Below, piece by piece: positions 41,652 through 52,688 of a DNA stretch of 64,000 nucleotides. This DNA is from an uncultured Bacteroidia bacterium. Lineage in GTDB: Bacteria; Bacteroidota; Bacteroidia; NS11-12g; UBA955. Under the pieces are notes generated by a model. That model saw only the letters and a program-made list of their open reading frames with translations, ran no database searches and was not told where the DNA came from. The number at the start of each line of letters is the position of its first letter. Within the stretch, counting starts at the first letter, position 1. The translations under genes were made by a program, and so were the position numbers. The stretch is taken from NCBI GenBank assembly GCA_943788195.1, contig CALSPH010000001.1, forward strand, positions 829,467-893,466, in the 5' to 3' direction.

Positions 41652-44600
41652 ATGAACCATAAAATTTTCCATGTTAACCGACCATTCTTGTTTTTAACAC
41701 AAAAACCAAGGTGGAGTCTCCTACTCAGTGGTTTACTATTTCTGGGAATTTCATTTTCCGGAATTGCTTCCACCCTCAATCCTGCTTTAAATATCAATAC
41801 AAGTGGTTTTCAAGTAAATGTAGGTCAATTTTTAGACCAGCAAAACCAACGAAACAACAAAGTGCTCTATGGCTTATCCATTTCAGGGATGAACATTGGT
41901 CTAACCAAAAATGGCTTCAGATATACCACTTATACCTTAAGTGAAATTCCTAAAAAACAGACATCAAGCCCTGTCCTAAATAGAACGCCCAACCTAAATC
42001 CCAAAATGAATGTGCACCGCATTGATGTGGTGTTTGAAGACTACAACAAAAATTGTAAGGTGATTTCTTCAGGCGCATTGGGAAAACCAGTACGATTTAT
42101 AAAGGGAGGCATCAATGCCTTAGCAAATTCTTAACAGAAGATTACCTACCTTAATATCTATCCAAATATTGATCTAGAATTCATTGCCAGCAGTACTAAA
42201 AACAAACCTGTTGAATACAATTTCATTGTGCGTCCCGGTGGTCAATTATCGGATATCAAAATGCGTTATGCTGGAGCCAAGAGCGCCCGAATTATTGAAG
42301 GAAAACTGGTGTTGGAACTGGCGCATGGTTCATTGACAGAATCAATCCCAGCCAGTTGCTTTTAACCGTTCAGCTATAATAATAAAGAACCCTGCATTCA
42401 TCCCTTTTAACTGGACCCCCAGACACCAAAACAGTGCGAATAATGCGGTGAATACTTCATACGAATTTGAAATGGTTGAACTCTTGGATGACAAAGTAGA
42501 TCCAAATGCCGGATTTGGATCGTCACGGATACTGTATAAAGCCAAAGTACAAACCAGCTCCTTATTGTATGGACCCAACCAGCCCCCCCCTTGCTTGCGG
42601 GTAAGCGGTATGCTTGGCTTGTAAGAGCCGTTCCAGCTGATCCGAACAAAGCCTATGATGCATTTAGAAATAATGGGTATAGCGATGTGTTTAGTTTTTA
42701 TTACAAACCCAGTTTGCCAAAATTTGAAATAGAGGTTTTTGAAATAGAAAAGAACAGTCTTTCAATAGAATGGAGTCGCGTTAAAGATTATACTGGATTG
42801 TACTATGTTCATTTTGGGTATAATGGACGCATGTCACAAAAAACAGCAACTAGCCACAACAATTTGACCATAGCTGATATCCAGAAAGAATTGATTCCCG
42901 AATTGAATATCAGTACCCATGGTAGAAAGCGCATAACGGCATATGTCACCTATTTTAGTACTTCAGGTGAAATCGTTGCAGAGGCAATCGATTATTTTAA
43001 TATTGATAGCATAACTCCACGTAAACCAGATGAAGGCTTTGATTTTAAAATTACGCATGTTCCTGAAGGGCTTTTTCTGGAAATTAGTAATGCAAGTAAA
43101 GCGGATGGAAGCATCTATAAGATTTATAGAAGAAAGCAAGGAGAACCTGAATTTCAGTTGCTGAGCACGCTTCCTCCCAATAAGGATACATTTCTGGATG
43201 CAGCAGCTAAATCGGACACCGCATACATTTACGCAGTAAGTGAAGTGAAGAAGGATGGAAAAGAAAGTCCAAAGGAAGAAAAGGCATCGGATGTGGTCCA
43301 TATTGATGATGATTTTAGTTTTAAGAAATGGATTTGTGTAAACGGAGGAATTCATGCGGGTATAATTGGCTATGGAGGCAGCTCAGAAGCGGATCGTAAT
43401 CCATTTACCTACAGCATTGCTGGAAACTTAAATGTGAAATTGTTTGATTTGGTGACGGTACCTATATCCATGAATATTTCAAACGGGAATAGAAACTTAA
43501 ATTTGGCAGTCACCCCAACTCGTTTTAGCATGAGCCCTAGATATAAGGCAGCCACTACTCATATAGGTGATGTTAACTTGACCTATTCTCCGTATACCTT
43601 GAATGGGCATCAATTTACAGGTGGTGGTTTGGATATAGAACCTGAGAAGAATAAAGTAAAGTTCAGAGGAATGTTTGGTAGAATGCAACGTGAGGTAGAT
43701 TACGACACATCAAAACCAACCCAAATTTCCTCCTACGAACGATGGGGAATGGGTGGTAAGTTGCAATATGAACGAAAGGATTTTGATTTAGGATTAAACG
43801 TTTTTACGGCTAAAGATCGGTTGAAGGCCAAGGAGGCGCCGGTTGACCCGGCAGACATAACTCCACAACAAAATTTGGTGGGTAGTTTAGAGTTTGACTT
43901 GAGACCTTTCAAGGGATTTGAATTTAAATCGGAGTATGCCATTTCTGCACTCACCACCGATTTGCTGGATACGACCCCAGTTGCAGTGAGGGAAACGGGG
44001 GCATTCAATAATATTTATCCAACCAACAACTCCACGTATTATGCACACGCAAGTAAATTCAGTTTTAATTATAAAATAAAGCGAACCACGGTAGGTTTGG
44101 GGTATGAGAAAATTGATCCGGGGTATCGAACGCTGGGGGCATATTTCTTTGCAAATGATTTGGAAAATTTTACCGCCAACTTTGTAAAAGTGTTTCTAGA
44201 TAATAAACTGAATATTAAATTCATTGCAGGCTTGCAAAGAGATAATTTAGATGGACTTAAATCGGGCACAAATGAACGTATCGTTGGAGACATTTATCTA
44301 AATATTATACCAAACAAAAAGTTCAATATGTCCATCGATTATTCAAATTTCAGGACCTATATGCGCATCAATTCGCAGTTTCAATTTGTCAATATATTGA
44401 ATCAGTTTCAAGCATTGGACACATTCAATTTCACTCAAATAACGCAAGATTTAAATGTGGCTTTAAATTATAAGATAAAGGAAGGCAAAAGAAACACACA
44501 TAGCCTGTTATCTACCTTGAGTTTACAAGATGCCTATTCTGAGCAATCTGGGAATGAATTGAAAGATATGAGTAACATTTTTTACAATGGAAACATATCC

Positions 44601-44936
44601 TATATGTATGTCCAAAAACAAATCAAACTGACTTTGGTAACCACATACTTAGCAACCTTTAATACCATTGCGCAAGATGAATTTGTTACCCAAGGTCCGG
44701 CTGTTTCAATAGCCAATAAACTCTTTAAGGAACTCTTTGAAATTGATTTTATGTTTAATTATAACAATACTGCCACCAATAACCCGGCTATTGCCGATGT
44801 CAATATTTTGAATTTTAGGTTGGGCTTAGATGCATTGATGTTTAGAAAGCATCATGTTTCAGCCAGTATTACACATCAGGCAAATGGTAAATTAAATAAC
44901 CAAATTGGGAACGTGATGTACAACTTCTATTTCTAA
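41652..44936 (+). pseudogene. Large secreted/outer-membrane protein (signal peptide, DUF7948-like N-terminal domain, two Fn3-like domains, ~500-aa β-barrel ending in Phe) carrying three disruptions
   Basis: Frame 0 runs 41652→42362 with an in-frame TAA at 42132-42134 (ANS*QKITYLNIYPNIDLEFI...EYNFIVRPGGQLSDIKMRYAGA is a DUF7948-like block). Frame 1 runs 42337→42593. The shift sits at the tandem CCAGCCAG (42345-42352); removing one CCAG gives ESIPVAFNRS. A C8 tract at 42583-42590 is then out of phase with the long frame-0 ORF 42591..44936. That ORF has Fn3-like modules and a β-strand-rich C-terminus '...NVMYNFYF'. Confidence 0.5.
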
Positions 44937-44985
44937 AATAGCGAAGCGGTTACTTTTTTCTGGGCACCCATATGCAGCCCTGGAA

Positions 44986-47631
44986 TTAAGAAGTTGATTC
45001 GAGTATAATGTTTTTTGCCTCTTCCAAAGCCTTTTCAATCCCCTCTGGATTTTTACCCCCAGCAGTTGCATAAAAAGGCTGTCCTCCGCCACCGCCTTGA
45101 ATGTGTTGGGCTACTTTTTTAATTAAGTCACCCGCTTTGAAGTCTGTATTTTTCAATACCTCATCACCGCAAAATGCGGTGAGCATAGCCTTGCCATTGT
45201 TTAAGCTGCCAATGATTCCCAAGAGGTTGGGTTTTTGTTTCTTGACCCCGAAGATGATATTTTTCAATTCGTCTGGAGCAATTTCTCCCGTTTTAAAAAT
45301 AAGGGTTTCAAAGTTGCCTTGCCTAGCGATCGCTTTTAAGATGTCTTCTTTTACTGCACCGGCATTGGCTTTTTCAAAAGCCGCTAGTTTTTCCTCCAGG
45401 GACTGAATTTGCTTTTCCTTTTTGTCCAAAGCCTCTATAATATTCTTGGGATTATTTAATGCCTGTAAGGCTTGAGATAAGATGTCTTCCTTCTCATTTA
45501 ATAGGGCAATCGCGGCTTCACCAGCCACTGCTTCAATTCTTCTAACTCCAGCAGCGGAAGCACTTTCAGCGTTGATTTTGAATAGACGAATATTGGATGT
45601 GTTGCTTACATGCGTTCCCCCACAGAGTTCAGACGAATACGCCTTGTCAAATGAAATTACGCGTACAAAATCTCCGTATTTTTCGCCAAACAAAGCGGTA
45701 ACACCGCCATCAATGGCTTCTTGGTAGGGAATGTTTCGCTCCTCGGTAAGCGAAATGGTTTCAGCAATTTTTTGATTGACCTCGTTTTCAATTGCTTGCA
45801 GCTCACTGGCCTCCACTTTACTGAAATGGGCAAAGTCAAAACGTAAGTAATTTTCATTAACCAACGACCCTTTTTGCGAAACATGTTTACCTAAATGATT
45901 TTGAAGAGCCGCATGCAATAGATGCGTTGCACTATGATGAATGGTTATGAGTCTTCGTCTCTCTGAGTTAATCTGAGCGACTACTTGATTATGGTTTGCA
46001 TCCGGTTGATTTGGACTGATCTGCAAATGCAATTGTTGCTCTTTTTGGGTATCAATGATGTTCAACACCGTTCCATCTGCATAGGTCAAGGTGCCTTTAT
46101 CGCCAACTTGGCCACCGCTTTCTCCATAGAAAGGCGTACGATCCAGCACGATTTGATATAAGGTTTTCCCCTTTTGTTGTATGGGTCGATAACGTAAAAT
46201 TTTCGCCTTGGTTTTAAACTCATCATATCCTACAAAGGTGGAATCCCCTTCTTGGATAATGGTCCAATCTCCCATAGTCTTTTTGCTATCTGCGCGTGAA
46301 CGTTCTTTTTGTTCGGCCAAATGCTTTTCAAAATCCACTTCATCAATGGTTTTGTCATGATCATCAGCAATCAATGCGGTAAGATCCTTTGGAAAACCAA
46401 AAGTGTCATAGAGCTCGAAAACAGTTTTACCGTCAATTTCATTCAATGATGTATTGCTGTCAAAGTATGCATTCAGCATTTCTAAGCCATTGCTTAAGGT
46501 CTGTAAAAATGATTTTTCTTCTTCTAAGATCACTTTCGTGACAAACTTTTCCTGCGTGGCGAGTTCTGGAAATACATCTGCAAAACTCGACATCAAAGTG
46601 GTGTAAAGCTGATTTAAGAATGGTTCTCTAACGTTTAAGAAACTATATGCATAGCGGATCGCTCTGCGAAGAATTCTTCGAATCACATATCCCGCACCCG
46701 TATTCGAAGGCAACTGCCCATCTGCAATGGTAAAAGCAATGGCACGGATGTGATCAGCGATTACACGAAAAGCAATGTCTTCTTTGCTTTGTGTGCCGCC
46801 ATACTTGAGTCCTGTCAGACTTTCAATCTTCTGAAGTAGCGGTGTGAAGATATCGGTATCGTAATTGCTTTGTTTATCTTGCAATACCCGAACCAGTCGT
46901 TCCAGCCCCATGCCTGTATCTACATGTTGTTCAGGTAAAGCGCTTAAGGATTGATCGGATGCCCGATTGTATTGAATAAATACATTATTCCATATTTCGA
47001 TCACTTGCTCGTGGTCTTTATTTACTAAATCAGCCCCAGCACTTCTTTTTCGCTCCGTTTCTATCCGATTATCATAATGAATCTCGGTGCTTGGTCCGCA
47101 GGGTCCAACATCACCCATTTCCCAAAAATTGTCCTTTGCATTCCCTAAAATGATATGATCTTCAGGCAAGAGTTCCTTCCATAAATCATAACTTTCCTGA
47201 TCAAATGGTATCGTATCATTCCCTTCAAATACCGTTGCGTATAATCTGGATGGATCAATATGCACCACTTTAGTCAGGAATTCCCAACTCATTTCGATAG
47301 CTTCTTTCTTAAAATAGTCACCAAAACTCCAATTGCCTAACATCTCAAACATGGTGTGATGGTAATGATCCACACCCACTTCTTCCAAGTCGTTATGTTT
47401 ACCACTTACTCGCAGGCACTTTTGGGTATCCACTACTCGGGTTTGGCTTGCTTTACGGTCGCCTGTGAAGATGTCCTTAAACTGATTCATACCCGCATTG
47501 GTAAACATCAGCGTAGGGTCTTCCTTTATTACAATTGGTGCGGAAGGGACAAGCGTATGCTCTTTTGACTTGAAATAGTCGAAAAAAGCTTGTCTTATAT
47601 CGTTTGCGGTCATGCTCTGTCTTGCGTTCAC
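44986..47631 (-). CDS. alaS: Alanine--tRNA ligase
   Basis: 881 aa. Class II core, editing domain with HxxxH...CGGTH zinc motif, C-terminal DHHA1-like domain. Confidence 0.95.
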   Translation of the reverse strand: MNARQSMTANDIRQAFFDYFKSKEHTLVPSAPIVIKEDPTLMFTNAGMNQFKDIFTGDRKASQTRVVDTQKCLRVSGKHNDLEEVGVDHYHHTMFEMLGNWSFGDYFKKEAIEMSWEFLTKVVHIDPSRLYATVFEGNDTIPFDQESYDLWKELLPEDHIILGNAKDNFWEMGDVGPCGPSTEIHYDNRIETERKRSAGADLVNKDHEQVIEIWNNVFIQYNRASDQSLSALPEQHVDTGMGLERLVRVLQDKQSNYDTDIFTPLLQKIESLTGLKYGGTQSKEDIAFRVIADHIRAIAFTIADGQLPSNTGAGYVIRRILRRAIRYAYSFLNVREPFLNQLYTTLMSSFADVFPELATQEKFVTKVILEEEKSFLQTLSNGLEMLNAYFDSNTSLNEIDGKTVFELYDTFGFPKDLTALIADDHDKTIDEVDFEKHLAEQKERSRADSKKTMGDWTIIQEGDSTFVGYDEFKTKAKILRYRPIQQKGKTLYQIVLDRTPFYGESGGQVGDKGTLTYADGTVLNIIDTQKEQQLHLQISPNQPDANHNQVVAQINSERRRLITIHHSATHLLHAALQNHLGKHVSQKGSLVNENYLRFDFAHFSKVEASELQAIENEVNQKIAETISLTEERNIPYQEAIDGGVTALFGEKYGDFVRVISFDKAYSSELCGGTHVSNTSNIRLFKINAESASAAGVRRIEAVAGEAAIALLNEKEDILSQALQALNNPKNIIEALDKKEKQIQSLEEKLAAFEKANAGAVKEDILKAIARQGNFETLIFKTGEIAPDELKNIIFGVKKQKPNLLGIIGSLNNGKAMLTAFCGDEVLKNTDFKAGDLIKKVAQHIQGGGGGQPFYATAGGKNPEGIEKALEEAKNIILESTS

Positions 47632-47773
47632 TTTGATTTGATATAGAATTATTGTACATTTGCACCCTTATTAGCACGGTGCTTGTTTATGACTGAGGCA
47701 AAGGTAAATTTTTACACAGTTTTATTCTAAACAAATACTTTTTTTAAGTAAACTGCGTTAATAGAAAGGTAAT

Positions 47774-48754
47774 ATGAAGAAAAAGGCGAATTACTATTTT
47801 GATCAAAAGACGCTTAGCTACGAAAAAGCTGAGAGGAATTATTTTGCAATGACCTTAAAAGTACTGGGTTTTATAAGCCTTAGCGTTATTGTCGGTTTTA
47901 TATTTGCATTTCAACTAAGAGATCGAATTGATTCTCCGAAAGAGCTTGCACTTAAAATGCAAAACGCTAAATACAAGAATGAACTCGCACAAATTAAAAG
48001 TCAATTGAGCTCAATTGATCAACGTTTTGATGATTTATCAGAGCGTGATAAGGAAATTTACCGTTCTATTTATGAGGCTGATCCAATTTCGGATGAGATA
48101 AGGGAAGCGGGTATTGGTGGTACCGATAAATATGCATATTTGGATAACAGCAGTTTATCGGATGCCGAACTAATCAAATCGATTCGAGAAAAAATGGATG
48201 CCTTGGATCGTCAATTTGAAGTTCAAAAGAAATCATACAAAGAGTTGGCTGCATTAGCTAACGATAAAGAAAGCTATCTAGCTTCTATTCCTGCAATTCA
48301 ACCGGTTTCTAACAAACAATTGAAGCGCATTGCGAGTGGATTTGGATATCGAATTGATCCTTTTTATAGAACCCCAAAATTACACGCGGGTATCGATTTT
48401 ACTGCACCTAGAGGAAGTGCCATCAATGCTACGGCAGACGGAGTTATAAAACGCGTTGAGCGCAGAGCTTGGGGTTATGGCTTGCATATCATTATCGATC
48501 ACGGTAATGGTTATACTACATTGTATGGGCACATGAGTAAAACCATGGTGAGAGTTGGACAAAAAGTAAAACGTGGTCAGCGTATAGGTAGTGTGGGAAG
48601 TACTGGAAAATCTACTGCACCCCATTTGCATTATGAAGTAAAGAAAAATGGAGCTCATCAAAATCCAGCTTTTTATTTCTTCAATGATTTAACTGATGCT
48701 GAGTATGAGTTGATGTTAAAGCAAGCTTCTGCTCCAAACAAATCATTCGACTAA
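47774..48754 (+). CDS. M23/LytM-family peptidase with N-terminal TM and coiled coil (EnvC-like)
   Basis: 'HAGIDF', 'HLHYEV' zinc-binding motifs. Coiled-coil N-terminal half. Confidence 0.8.
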   Translation: MKKKANYYFDQKTLSYEKAERNYFAMTLKVLGFISLSVIVGFIFAFQLRDRIDSPKELALKMQNAKYKNELAQIKSQLSSIDQRFDDLSERDKEIYRSIYEADPISDEIREAGIGGTDKYAYLDNSSLSDAELIKSIREKMDALDRQFEVQKKSYKELAALANDKESYLASIPAIQPVSNKQLKRIASGFGYRIDPFYRTPKLHAGIDFTAPRGSAINATADGVIKRVERRAWGYGLHIIIDHGNGYTTLYGHMSKTMVRVGQKVKRGQRIGSVGSTGKSTAPHLHYEVKKNGAHQNPAFYFFNDLTDAEYELMLKQASAPNKSFD

Positions 48755-48758
48755 TTTC

Positions 48759-49088
48759 ATGGCTTTACAAGACGGTAAACTTTTCTACAAAATTAGTGAG
48801 GTTGCCAGTCATTTAGGCGTTACAGCGAGTACATTGCGCTTTTGGGAAAAAGAAATACCCAATTTAAAGCCTCGTACCAATAAAAAGGGGAATCGGCAAT
48901 ATACACAAGAAGACATCGATAAGATTCAAAAGATCAAGTTTCTTGTGAAAGACCAAGGCCATACAGTGGCAGGTGCAAAACAAAAATTGTCCCTCAATAA
49001 AACCAAAGTAGAATCTCAATCTGAGATAGCTGAACGGTTAATGGACATAAAGAAGTTTCTCGTGGAATTACGAGAAAAGCTGGGTTAA
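48759..49088 (+). CDS. MerR-family transcriptional regulator
   Basis: 109 aa. 'YKISEVASHLGVTASTLRFWEKE' HTH_MerR. C-terminal coiled coil. Confidence 0.75.
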   Translation: MALQDGKLFYKISEVASHLGVTASTLRFWEKEIPNLKPRTNKKGNRQYTQEDIDKIQKIKFLVKDQGHTVAGAKQKLSLNKTKVESQSEIAERLMDIKKFLVELREKLG

Positions 49089-49163
49089 TCAAATATTTTT
49101 TGCGTTTCAGAAAGAAGTAATGGGTGTATAGGCGCACTATTTTATTCCCCCTATATATTTGTT

Positions 49164-49970
49164 TTGATGAAGCAATATTGCTTATTAATAGTTCTTATTC
49201 TAAGTGAGGCATCAATCCTTAAAGCGCAGTACCAAGGAGCTAATAACAGTTCCATGGGAGTTTTAGGTGTCGCTACTAATCAATTATTTAGCGTCAATAT
49301 CAATCCTGCCAATTTAGGTTTGTTGGATTCATCACAAATCGGTATCCATATAAAAAAAATGAATTTTGCCGGCAGATCTCTAGAAACTGGATTACAGGTG
49401 GCTACGCCCTTTAAGAAGATTAATTTAGGCGTTGGCATTTATAACTTTGGCAACAGCTTTTACAATTTTGGTAAAATAAGCGTTGCTTTAGCCAAACCAC
49501 TTGATAACAAGCAAGGTATTGGCATCAGTGTTGATTTTTTTCGAGAGTTTGTATATTTAAATAGCGATGCAAATGCAGTCAATGCTACAATTGGGTATTA
49601 TTATAAGATCAATGAGAAGCTGCAATTAGGCGCTTCTATACGCCAGGTTTTTTATCGCTCTGATGAGCGATTGGAACGCATTTATAGTCAAATATCTGGT
49701 CTGGGTTCTTTGGGGCTTTCGTATCGTGCAATGCCAAGTCTAACTTTTACAGGAGAGTTAAGAAGCGATGAAATTAATACAATGGGTTTGGGTTTGGGTA
49801 TGCAGTTGCAAAAAGATAAAATGGCGCTGTTGATGGGCTTTAGTAATCAAGAAAACTTGATAAATGTCGGTCTTAGACTCCCCATTGGCCCAGTTCATTG
49901 GACCGTTGCCTATGCCTTTCGCCAACAATTGGGTAGCTCAGTTCAATCATCACTCATCTATCTTTGGTAA
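49164..49970 (+). CDS. Outer-membrane β-barrel protein, hypothetical
   Basis: 268 aa. Signal peptide. Alternating amphipathic β-strands. Ends in aromatic 'YLW'. Confidence 0.4.
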   Translation: MMKQYCLLIVLILSEASILKAQYQGANNSSMGVLGVATNQLFSVNINPANLGLLDSSQIGIHIKKMNFAGRSLETGLQVATPFKKINLGVGIYNFGNSFYNFGKISVALAKPLDNKQGIGISVDFFREFVYLNSDANAVNATIGYYYKINEKLQLGASIRQVFYRSDERLERIYSQISGLGSLGLSYRAMPSLTFTGELRSDEINTMGLGLGMQLQKDKMALLMGFSNQENLINVGLRLPIGPVHWTVAYAFRQQLGSSVQSSLIYLW

Positions 49971-51967
49971 GGAAGGTTATCATACTGCTATTGCTGTTTT
50001 ATTTTCAAAATGGAATTGCCCAAACTGAGGATGAAGCTTTCAATCAATTGATGGAGAAATACGCGGAATACACCTCACGCAGTGTTGATTTTTTAGACCT
50101 CTATGATCAAGTGGCCAGCTATAAACGAAACCCTATCAACATAAATGAAGCAAGTTTTGCCGAGTTAAGTGCATTTACATTAATTGGCAGAACAAGAGCT
50201 CACCTTATTATAGAACATCGAAAGAATTACGGGGCCTTAATCAGTATATATGAACTGCAATGCATCCCCACCTTTACACCTGATTACATTCAGCTCATCC
50301 TGCCATATGTATCCATTAAAGAACAGCGTGTTGGCAAATTAAGCCAGTTGCTCAAGGAGGGACGGCATGACCTAATTATTTTGGGCCAGTACACAGATAT
50401 CAGTCATCTCCAACCCGTAAACCCAACGGATAGTTCACGCATTTTAGGCGATGGCATGCGCACATTACTGAGACATAAATATGGAATGCCTGGGAAGTAT
50501 AGTTTTGGAATAACTGCTGAGAAAGATGCGGGGGAGTTATGGCCTGTATCAGAAAATGGGCTGAAGTCGGGTTTTTTATCTGCGCATGCTTTTATCCAAC
50601 CGAAGGGAAAAATCTTGCATAGCTTGGCCTTGGGAGATTTTCAGGTGAATTTTGGGCAAGGACTTACATTTAGCAGTGGATTAAGCTTTGGTAAATCATC
50701 TTTGGTGTTAAAGTCATTTCGGGCACGAGAAGGCATTCGAGCCTATCGATCGGTTAATGAGAACCAATTCTTAAGAGGCGCAGCTGCACGAATTAACTTG
50801 AGTAAGAAGGCCAATATTACAGGGTTTGTGAGTCGAAATTATGAAAATGTAGTTATTGGGGATGATGGCCAAGCAGGTAGTTTGAATAATTTCGGTTACG
50901 TAAGAACACTGCGCGATTTGAGTAGAAAAGACAATCAACAAATTGATATAATCGGGGGCCATTATTCCCAACAAATCAATTCTTGGAGCATCGGTTTTAC
51001 GGGAGCAGTGCAGCAGTTTTCGGTGCCTTTTAGAAAACGATCCGAACCGTATGCCGTGCATCGTTTTTCTGGGAATCAATTGCTGAATATTGGATTTGAC
51101 TATAAAGGAAATGTTAAGAATGGGATGTTTTACGGGGAGATTTCAGGGAATGATTTTCAAAAAAATCCTGCAATGACCCACGGAGCTCTGATTGCCTTAA
51201 ATAAACCATGGAGTGCCAATATCCACTATCGGAGTTTTCCGAAAGACTACCACAGCATTTTTAGCACAGCATGGGGTGAACAGACGACACCTACTAATGA
51301 ACAAGCTATTTACCTGGCCCTACAATATGAGATCTATCGCAAATGGAAGCTTTCTGTTTTTGCAGATGTTGTTTCATTTCCTTGGTTGCGTTTTAGAGAT
51401 GATGCAACTGGGTATCAGCAGGATTATTTCGCGGAAGTGAAGCAGGATTTCACGAAATACAGTCATCACTATCTAAGGGCCAGAAGTACATTGTTCTCAG
51501 ACAATTACACCACGGAAAGTAAAACCAAGCAGCAGCAATTAAATCAACGATGGAATTTCAGGTATCATTTTGATCGAGATAAACCGGGGCATATGGCTAC
51601 TGCATTTCGCGCAGAAGTGGTGCATTTGAAAAACAAGGAAAAGAATGTGTTAGGCAATTTAGTTTTTGCCGATTTGGGGTATAAATCAAAAAAAGGAAAG
51701 TGGAAAATAGTGGGACGTTATACTGTATTTAACACACCAGATTTTGATTCTAGAATATACGCCTATGAAAATGATGTACTCTATGCGTTCAGCATACCTG
51801 CTATGTATGGTCAAGGATTTCGCACCTACTTGGTGCTTACAGCAAAGCCTTTTAGACGTTTTACTGTATGGACAAAGATCACTGTTGAGAAAAATGAACG
51901 AAAATCTACCTTAGATCAATTAAATTTCAGGCCTTTAGGAAGAGTACAAATAAGATACACATGGTAA
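49964..51967 (+). CDS. Helix-hairpin-helix (ComEA-like) domain protein fused to a large β-barrel
   Basis: 667 aa. Signal peptide. 'ININEASFAELSAFTLIGRTRAHLIIEHR' HhH motif. Long β-rich C-terminal region. 7-nt overlap with the upstream OMP gene. Confidence 0.55.
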   Translation: MVRKVIILLLLFYFQNGIAQTEDEAFNQLMEKYAEYTSRSVDFLDLYDQVASYKRNPININEASFAELSAFTLIGRTRAHLIIEHRKNYGALISIYELQCIPTFTPDYIQLILPYVSIKEQRVGKLSQLLKEGRHDLIILGQYTDISHLQPVNPTDSSRILGDGMRTLLRHKYGMPGKYSFGITAEKDAGELWPVSENGLKSGFLSAHAFIQPKGKILHSLALGDFQVNFGQGLTFSSGLSFGKSSLVLKSFRAREGIRAYRSVNENQFLRGAAARINLSKKANITGFVSRNYENVVIGDDGQAGSLNNFGYVRTLRDLSRKDNQQIDIIGGHYSQQINSWSIGFTGAVQQFSVPFRKRSEPYAVHRFSGNQLLNIGFDYKGNVKNGMFYGEISGNDFQKNPAMTHGALIALNKPWSANIHYRSFPKDYHSIFSTAWGEQTTPTNEQAIYLALQYEIYRKWKLSVFADVVSFPWLRFRDDATGYQQDYFAEVKQDFTKYSHHYLRARSTLFSDNYTTESKTKQQQLNQRWNFRYHFDRDKPGHMATAFRAEVVHLKNKEKNVLGNLVFADLGYKSKKGKWKIVGRYTVFNTPDFDSRIYAYENDVLYAFSIPAMYGQGFRTYLVLTAKPFRRFTVWTKITVEKNERKSTLDQLNFRPLGRVQIRYTW

Positions 51968-51968
51968 T

Positions 51969-52688
51969 ATGACAATATTAAGCGTAAACATAAATAAACT
52001 AGCCACACTGCGCAATGCAAGAGGTCTTAATAATCCAAATGTGCAGGAATGGGCCTTACGGATTCAAAACTGGGGCGTAAAAAGTATAACGGTGCATCCA
52101 AGACCCGATGAGCGCCATATAAGAAAGCAAGATGTTTATTTGCTTAAAGAAGCATTGGATGTTGAGTTTAATATTGAAGGATACCCAAGTGACGATTTTT
52201 GTAAAATGGTGCTAGACGTCCGTCCAGATCAAGTAACTCTTGTACCCGATGATCCAGAGCAGATTACTTCCAATCATGGTTGGAATACCATGAAATACCA
52301 AAGTGAATTAACTAAAGTGGTCGCTAAGTTTAATGATGCAGGAATCCGGACCAGTCTATTCCTAGACCCAAACCCGGATTTAGTTTCATCTGCGGCATCT
52401 ACAGGAGCGAGTCGTATCGAATTGTATACTGAGAGTTATGCTCAAGCCTTTGAACGTGATACAGCTCATAAAGTTATTCGCGGTTATGCAGAAACTGCAC
52501 GAAGAGCTGCCGAATTAAATATGGGAGTGAATGCTGGACATGATCTGGACTTGAACAATTTGCAAAATTTTTTAAACCAAGTACCCAATGTACAAGAAGT
52601 TTCTATCGGTCACGCTCTGATAAGCGATGCCCTAGAACTTGGGATGGAGGAAACAGTTAAGCGATATTTAATGATTACAGAAGGATGA
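51969..52688 (+). CDS. pdxJ: Pyridoxine 5'-phosphate synthase
   Basis: 239 aa. 'LSVNINKLATLRNARG' PdxJ N-terminal signature. TIM barrel. Confidence 0.9.
   Translation: MTILSVNINKLATLRNARGLNNPNVQEWALRIQNWGVKSITVHPRPDERHIRKQDVYLLKEALDVEFNIEGYPSDDFCKMVLDVRPDQVTLVPDDPEQITSNHGWNTMKYQSELTKVVAKFNDAGIRTSLFLDPNPDLVSSAASTGASRIELYTESYAQAFERDTAHKVIRGYAETARRAAELNMGVNAGHDLDLNNLQNFLNQVPNVQEVSIGHALISDALELGMEETVKRYLMITEG

Noticed and set aside
16495-42134. All in-frame interruptions are TAA: could TAA be a sense codon (alternative genetic code) or a recoding site?
   Set aside because: TAA clearly terminates intact conserved genes here (dnaE tail at 758-760, uvrC at 841-843, metG at 13648-13650). None of the internal stops is TGA, so selenocysteine recoding does not apply. 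Nonsense mutation in an AT-leaning genome is the simpler explanation.
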